Positions 17,001 through 20,000 of a stretch of DNA of 20,000 nucleotides are shown piece by piece. Position 1 is the first letter of the stretch. Every line of letters begins with the position of its first letter. The stretch lies in IMG/VR virus record IMGVR_UViG_3300035681_000004; one strand, 5' to 3'. Position numbers and translations under genes: made by a program. The stretch is from an uncultured virus (IMG/VR IMGVR_UViG_3300035681_000004) (Duplodnaviria; Heunggongvirae; Uroviricota; Caudoviricetes). The notes under the pieces are model-generated. The model did not search any database and was not told the DNA's origin. It worked only from the letters and a program-made list of their open reading frames with translations.

Positions 17001-19122
17001 AACCAGTGGTATTGCAAAATCCTGATTGAACACCAAAGAAATTATTGTTGGATCCTGTGGTGTTATAACGACCTGCACTACCACCAAAGAAATTATTATA
17101 ATTACCAGATGTGTTGCTTTTACCTGCATAACCGCCAAAGAAGTTATTACACTGTCCTGTCGTATTATAATATCCACTTGCACGTCCAAAGAAGTTATTA
17201 TACTGACCTGTAGTATTGCATCTACCTGCACTAGGTCCAAAAAAGTTATTAAAGCAACCAGTGGTATTACAAAGTCCTGCGAAGATACCAAAGAAATTGT
17301 TATAACCACCAAAAGTATTAGAGTATCCAGCACATCGCCCTATGAAGTTGTTATTGTTTCCTGTGGTGTTTTTACATCCTGCTTGTAGACCAAAGAAATT
17401 ATTGAAACTACCAAAAGTGTTAGCAGCACCTGCACTAGCACCAATAAAATTATTATGTTCTCCTGTAGTGGTACAATATCCTCCACGAAAACCAAAAAAG
17501 TTATTATAGCTACCAGAAGTACTAAATTGACCCGCCCTTCTTCCAATAAAAATATTTCGGCATCCGGTAATATTGCAAATCCCTGCATTGTATCCACCAA
17601 AGAAGTTATCAGAACCAAAAGTATTAGCAAATCCAGCACACTGTCCTATAAAGGTATTGTTGTTTCCTGTAGTATTACAACGTCCAGCAAGATATCCAAA
17701 GAAGTTATTGTAACTACCAAAAGTATTATAAGTTCCAACACCCTGTCCTATAAAATTATTGCGATTTCCAGTCGTGTTAAATTTGCCTACGTTGGTTCCT
17801 AAGAAGTTATTACCTTGTCCAGTAGTATTAGAATATCCAGCACACAGTCCTATAAAGTTATTATTAACTCCTGTAGTATTGGATTGACCGGCACGGAAAC
17901 CAAGGAAGTTATTATAACAACCAGTGGTGTTATAACGACCTGCACCAAATCCAATAAAATTGTTGCTATTTCCTTCTGTGTTATCACGTCCAGCAAAACG
18001 ACCAATAAAGTTATTGTATGCACCAAAAGTATTCGAATATCCAGCACATAGTCCTATAAAGTTGTTGTTGGTTCCTGTGGTGTTGCTTCTACCCGCAGCA
18101 TATCCACCAAAGAAATTATGATTTCCTGTCGTATTGCAACGTCCTGCATTTAATCCAAAGAAATTATTATGACATCCAGTAGTATTACAAAGTCCAGAAT
18201 TAATACCAAAAAAGTTATTGTAACAACCAAAAGTATTGGAGAATCCAGCACACTGTCCTATGAAGGCGTTGCCGTTTCCAGTAGTATTAGAATATCCAGC
18301 ACACTGTCCTATAAAGGTATTGTTGGATCCTGTGGTGTTGCAGAAACCAGCACGAAGACCAAAGAAATTGTTAGCGCATCCGGTGGTATTGCTATATCCC
18401 GCACTAGGACCAAGGAAGTTATTATAAGAACCGATAGTATTTAAATTACCTGCACGACATCCAATAAAATTATTACATCTTCCAGTAGTATTGCAAAGTC
18501 CAGCACGACTACCAAAGAAATTGTTATTATTTCCGGTGGTATTATAATATCCAGCACATTGCCCAAAGAAGTTATTACCATTTCCAGTCGTCGTAGAACT
18601 ACCAGCACCAACACCAGCAAAGAAGTTATGAGACCCAGTGGTTACAACAGCACCAGTGGTACTATCACCTAACTTAATGTTTGTATCATTAAATCCAATC
18701 GTCCCACCGACTTGTAACTTAACTTGTGGGCTTGTTGTATCAATACCAATGCGATTATTAACAGTATCTAAGTATAATAATCCAGAGTTATAATTGAATG
18801 GCGAAGATAACTTTGAACCAGTTACAGTTCCATCTCCAGGAACTCCAACACCCAATGCAGTTCCTAAAACAATACAGAAGAAATCACTTCCTGCAAGTGG
18901 AGCAGAAGCAAAAGTGATTTGATTTAGATTGATTGTATATGCCTTAATTGGTTCTTGTACAACACCGCCGAGTGATACAAGAATTGAAAAAGCAGAACCA
19001 GGATAAAATGGTTGCCCACCAGAAGTTAAATTAAATGTTACCTCAGTTCCATTAAAAAAACTTTGGAGATCATCTAATTTTAAATAATTTCCGTTGCTAA
19101 GAGCTCTTCCAATATATGACAT
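14032..19122 (-). CDS. Tail fibre protein (1696 aa) with an N-terminal virion-attachment-type domain, 82 x 17-aa repeats and a C-terminal peptidase-S74 chaperone
   Basis: N-terminus MSYIG...LDDLQSFFNGTEVTFNL...LVSLGGVVQEP...ITFASAP is typical of cyanomyovirus-like structural/fibre proteins. RIGIDTTSPQVKLQV motif, repeats, then SDIRYK (Ser codon 14353-14355)...YGFSAQEV...LVNAIKEL. Confidence 0.9.
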   Translation of the reverse strand: MSYIGRALSNGNYLKLDDLQSFFNGTEVTFNLTSGGQPFYPGSAFSILVSLGGVVQEPIKAYTINLNQITFASAPLAGSDFFCIVLGTALGVGVPGDGTVTGSKLSSPFNYNSGLLYLDTVNNRIGIDTTSPQVKLQVGGTIGFNDTNIKLGDSTTGAVVTTGSHNFFAGVGAGSSTTTGNGNNFFGQCAGYYNTTGNNNNFFGSRAGLCNTTGRCNNFIGCRAGNLNTIGSYNNFLGPSAGYSNTTGCANNFFGLRAGFCNTTGSNNTFIGQCAGYSNTTGNGNAFIGQCAGFSNTFGCYNNFFGINSGLCNTTGCHNNFFGLNAGRCNTTGNHNFFGGYAAGRSNTTGTNNNFIGLCAGYSNTFGAYNNFIGRFAGRDNTEGNSNNFIGFGAGRYNTTGCYNNFLGFRAGQSNTTGVNNNFIGLCAGYSNTTGQGNNFLGTNVGKFNTTGNRNNFIGQGVGTYNTFGSYNNFFGYLAGRCNTTGNNNTFIGQCAGFANTFGSDNFFGGYNAGICNITGCRNIFIGRRAGQFSTSGSYNNFFGFRGGYCTTTGEHNNFIGASAGAANTFGSFNNFFGLQAGCKNTTGNNNNFIGRCAGYSNTFGGYNNFFGIFAGLCNTTGCFNNFFGPSAGRCNTTGQYNNFFGRASGYYNTTGQCNNFFGGYAGKSNTSGNYNNFFGGSAGRYNTTGSNNNFFGVQSGFCNTTGSQNNFFGIFAGRSNTTGSNNTFIGQCAGYSNTFGCFNNFFGTTSGFSNTTGKHNNFIGYNAGNANTIGSYNNFFNREAGRCNTTGNYNNFFGKYSGYYNTTGSHNNFFGCQAGYLNTTGNNNNFIGRNAGFCNTFGSNNNFFGFFAGYLNTTGINNTFIGQCAGYSNTFGGANNFIGNSAGRCNTTGGSNIFIGQAAGLYNTFGCFNNFLGCSAGRCNTTGCFNNFFGRYAGASNTTGCHNNFFGCGAGRDNTTGCYNNFFGVDAGRCNTTGNHNTFIGLLAGYANTFGSNNNFFGCRAGQGNTTGSNNNFIGQRAGYTNTFGNCNNFFGYYAGYSNTTGSNNNIFGRYAGLCSTTGNNNNIFGQLAGCKNTTGSYNTFFGYAAGRYNTTGSNNNFIGLCAGYSNTFGCFNNFIGRGAGLCNTTGNYNNFFGCDAGFFNTTGGFNNFFGRQAGFRNTTGCFNNFFGLNAGICNTTGNSNTFIGCDSGYSNTFGGYNNFFGRQAGFSNTTGSSNNFFGRYAGRSNTTGNNNNFIGACAGYSNTFGINNNFIGVYAGQSNTTGTANNFIGQQAGCLNTFGSCNNFIGTQAGFCNTTGCFNNFFGLFAGRSNTTGNNNNFIGGCAGYCNTIGQYNNFFGRASGYYNTTGQCNNFFGPVSGYKNTTGSNNNFIGREAGRYNTTGNNNNFFGLNTGYSNTTGTNNVFIGRCVGYSNTFGYSNVFAGNASGFCNTTGNNNIFFGESAGYFNTTGSCNVFIGFGAGASNTIGSWNVFLGREAGVTNTTGCHNNAIGCNAGRYNTTGCYNQFFGRDAGFSNTGGCCNVFIGYGAGQNNTTASNNIAIGRFSGTTGSSPGGLINMTTTGNQIVMGNSSHTTACIQIAWGVASDIRYKCVWGNVPYGRDFLRGVNPIKYSFKDKETGELKDPRKRYGFSAQEVMSLEGDEPIIVNNSDPDNLGITHDYMIPVLVNAIKELDAEVTSLRQELNDLKNQNK
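14033..14039 (-). promoter_or_regulatory. T4-type late promoter motif ATAAATA
   Basis: Overlaps the stop of the 1696-aa gene and lies 14 nt upstream of the ATG at 14018. Confidence 0.7.
14482..18630 (-). repeat. Coding tandem array, 82 units of 51 bp (17 aa)
   Basis: First-unit Gly codon (HNFFAG, 18613) to last-unit Gly codon (NNIAIG, 14482) is 4131 bp, exactly 81 x 51. Confidence 0.95.
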
Positions 19123-19136
19123 TATGGTTTTTTAGT

Positions 19137-19143
19137 TATTTAT
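19137..19143 (-). promoter_or_regulatory. T4-type late promoter motif ATAAATA
   Basis: Overlaps the stop of ORF 19140..19409 and lies 14 nt upstream of the ATG at 19122. Confidence 0.7.
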
Positions 19144-19409
19144 TCGGGCAATCTTGGTGCTTCTTCATTTCTTTGTGCTGCTGTCTTGACTAAACCTTCT
19201 TCATAAGCTGCTAGAACCATATCAGGTTTATTAGTAGCGGTAATAGGTTGGTTGTTTTCTAGTTTAGTTTTAACATAAAGATCGCAGATTTCATCAATCG
19301 CAATTCTTGCTCTATTAGTTGCTGCATTATCAATCCATTCTTGTGGATCAGCAGCAACATATTGAAGTGCTAGGTCTTCTGCTTCGGTTAAGGTGATCGT
19401 ATAGTCCAT
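19140..19409 (-). CDS. Small hypothetical protein (89 aa), probable partner/chaperone of the upstream C1q-domain fibre
   Basis: YTITLT...DPQEWIDNA...RARIAIDEI...VKTAAQRN pattern, located directly after the C1q-domain gene, with its own late promoter. Confidence 0.75.
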   Translation of the reverse strand: MDYTITLTEAEDLALQYVAADPQEWIDNAATNRARIAIDEICDLYVKTKLENNQPITATNKPDMVLAAYEEGLVKTAAQRNEEAPRLPE

Positions 19410-19425
19410 ATTAAGTCTTTTTGAG

Positions 19426-19432
19426 TATTTAT
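19426..19432 (-). promoter_or_regulatory. T4-type late promoter motif ATAAATA
   Basis: Intergenic motif 16 nt upstream of the ATG at 19409. Confidence 0.65.
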
Positions 19433-19434
19433 CT

Positions 19435-20000
19435 TTATCCTACAAGATAACCTGAAAAAGTTCCAGTATTATCAAGAGCAAATGAAGTCATTGTTGGAAA
19501 TATTTCTGCTTCAACATAATCATTTGCGGATAAATTTATTAAGCTGGAAGTAACTATAGACTCATAAGCACTTATTGTAATGGTAGCATATGTTGTTCCA
19601 TAAAAACCACTACCATTTTTTTTCAGGGACATTCTCAAATATCCTGCATTTGGTGAAGATCCCATACATGTAAATTGAAATTGATATGTTCCACTTACAG
19701 GAGCAGTGAATTTATTACTAGAATAATTACTACCAATGTCTATAACTTCTGTATCAAAGGAAACGACATTATTGACAGATTGAGTAAGAGTTTGTCCGGA
19801 ACTTTTTGTAGCAATAAATGCTGGTTGATAAGGTAAGGTCAATCTGCCGGAACTATCAAACCTAGCAACTTCAGCAAAAACTGGTCCTGCTGATTGTGTT
19901 TTGAATGCGAGTGCAGTGGTATCATTTCCCGTTCCGACACATTCTATTCCAACGAAAGCAGTATTTCCGTTTCTAGCATTTCCTAATGCAATACCAGAAA
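19435..20000 (-). CDS. 3' end of a tail fibre protein with a C-terminal C1q/TNF-like domain (5'-truncated by the window edge)
   Basis: The frame stays open from the window edge (SGIALGNARNG...EVARFDSSGRLTLPYQPAF). C1q motifs PAFIA, VSFDTEVIDIGSNY, FTAPVSGTYQF, LSANDYVE and terminal FSGYLVG are present. Confidence 0.85.
   Translation of the reverse strand, partial: SGIALGNARNGNTAFVGIECVGTGNDTTALAFKTQSAGPVFAEVARFDSSGRLTLPYQPAFIATKSSGQTLTQSVNNVVSFDTEVIDIGSNYSSNKFTAPVSGTYQFQFTCMGSSPNAGYLRMSLKKNGSGFYGTTYATITISAYESIVTSSLINLSANDYVEAEIFPTMTSFALDNTGTFSGYLVG

Noticed and set aside
15044..17209. Diversity-generating retroelement TR/VR pair
   Set aside because: The copies are identical rather than differing at adenines, both are internal coding segments, and no reverse transcriptase is present in the window.
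5923..18444. Many short plus-strand and alternative-frame ORFs over the fibre genes
   Set aside because: These are shadow ORFs produced by the repeat's codon pattern (PKKLL...PVVL, SSSI...KEVII), with no RBS, promoter or domain support.
5734..18630. CRISPR-like array suggested by the 51-bp periodicity
   Set aside because: The units are in-frame, degenerate coding repeats inside long ORFs. There is no invariant repeat plus unique spacer structure and no cas gene.
9105..19122. Bacterial trimeric autotransporter adhesins
   Set aside because: There is no signal peptide or C-terminal beta-barrel anchor. The S74 chaperones and T4-type late promoters indicate phage fibres.
19435..19842. Standalone 135-aa protein starting at 19842
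   Set aside because: The frame is open to the window edge, and the TTG is an internal Leu of a longer fibre gene.

Overview
This window looks like the tail-fibre region of a T4-like (cyanomyovirus-like) phage genome, and all credible genes are on the minus strand. In transcription order (right to left) it holds: the 3' end of a C1q-domain fibre gene; a small fibre-associated gene; three giant paralogous fibre genes (1696, 1637 and 1285 aa); a 157-aa accessory gene; an orphan half of a peptidase-S74 chaperone domain; a tight cassette of two GT-A glycosyltransferases, a SAM methyltransferase, a GT9-like glycosyltransferase and a sulfotransferase; and two small hypothetical genes. The three giant fibres are built from a strictly periodic 51-bp / 17-aa Cys- and Asn-rich repeat (N-N-F-[FI]-G-x-x-A-G-x-x-N-T-[TF]-G-x-x) with 82, 82 and 60 units. 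T4-type late promoter motifs ([AC]TAAATA) precede most genes. The 165-281 intergenic region holds a terminator and back-to-back sigma70-like promoters, one firing antisense into the late operon. The best candidate for an undescribed system is a late-expressed glycosylation/methylation/sulfation cassette next to fibres carrying well over a hundred N-T-T sequons and many cysteines. The taxonomic and functional calls come from motif recognition only; no database searches were run.
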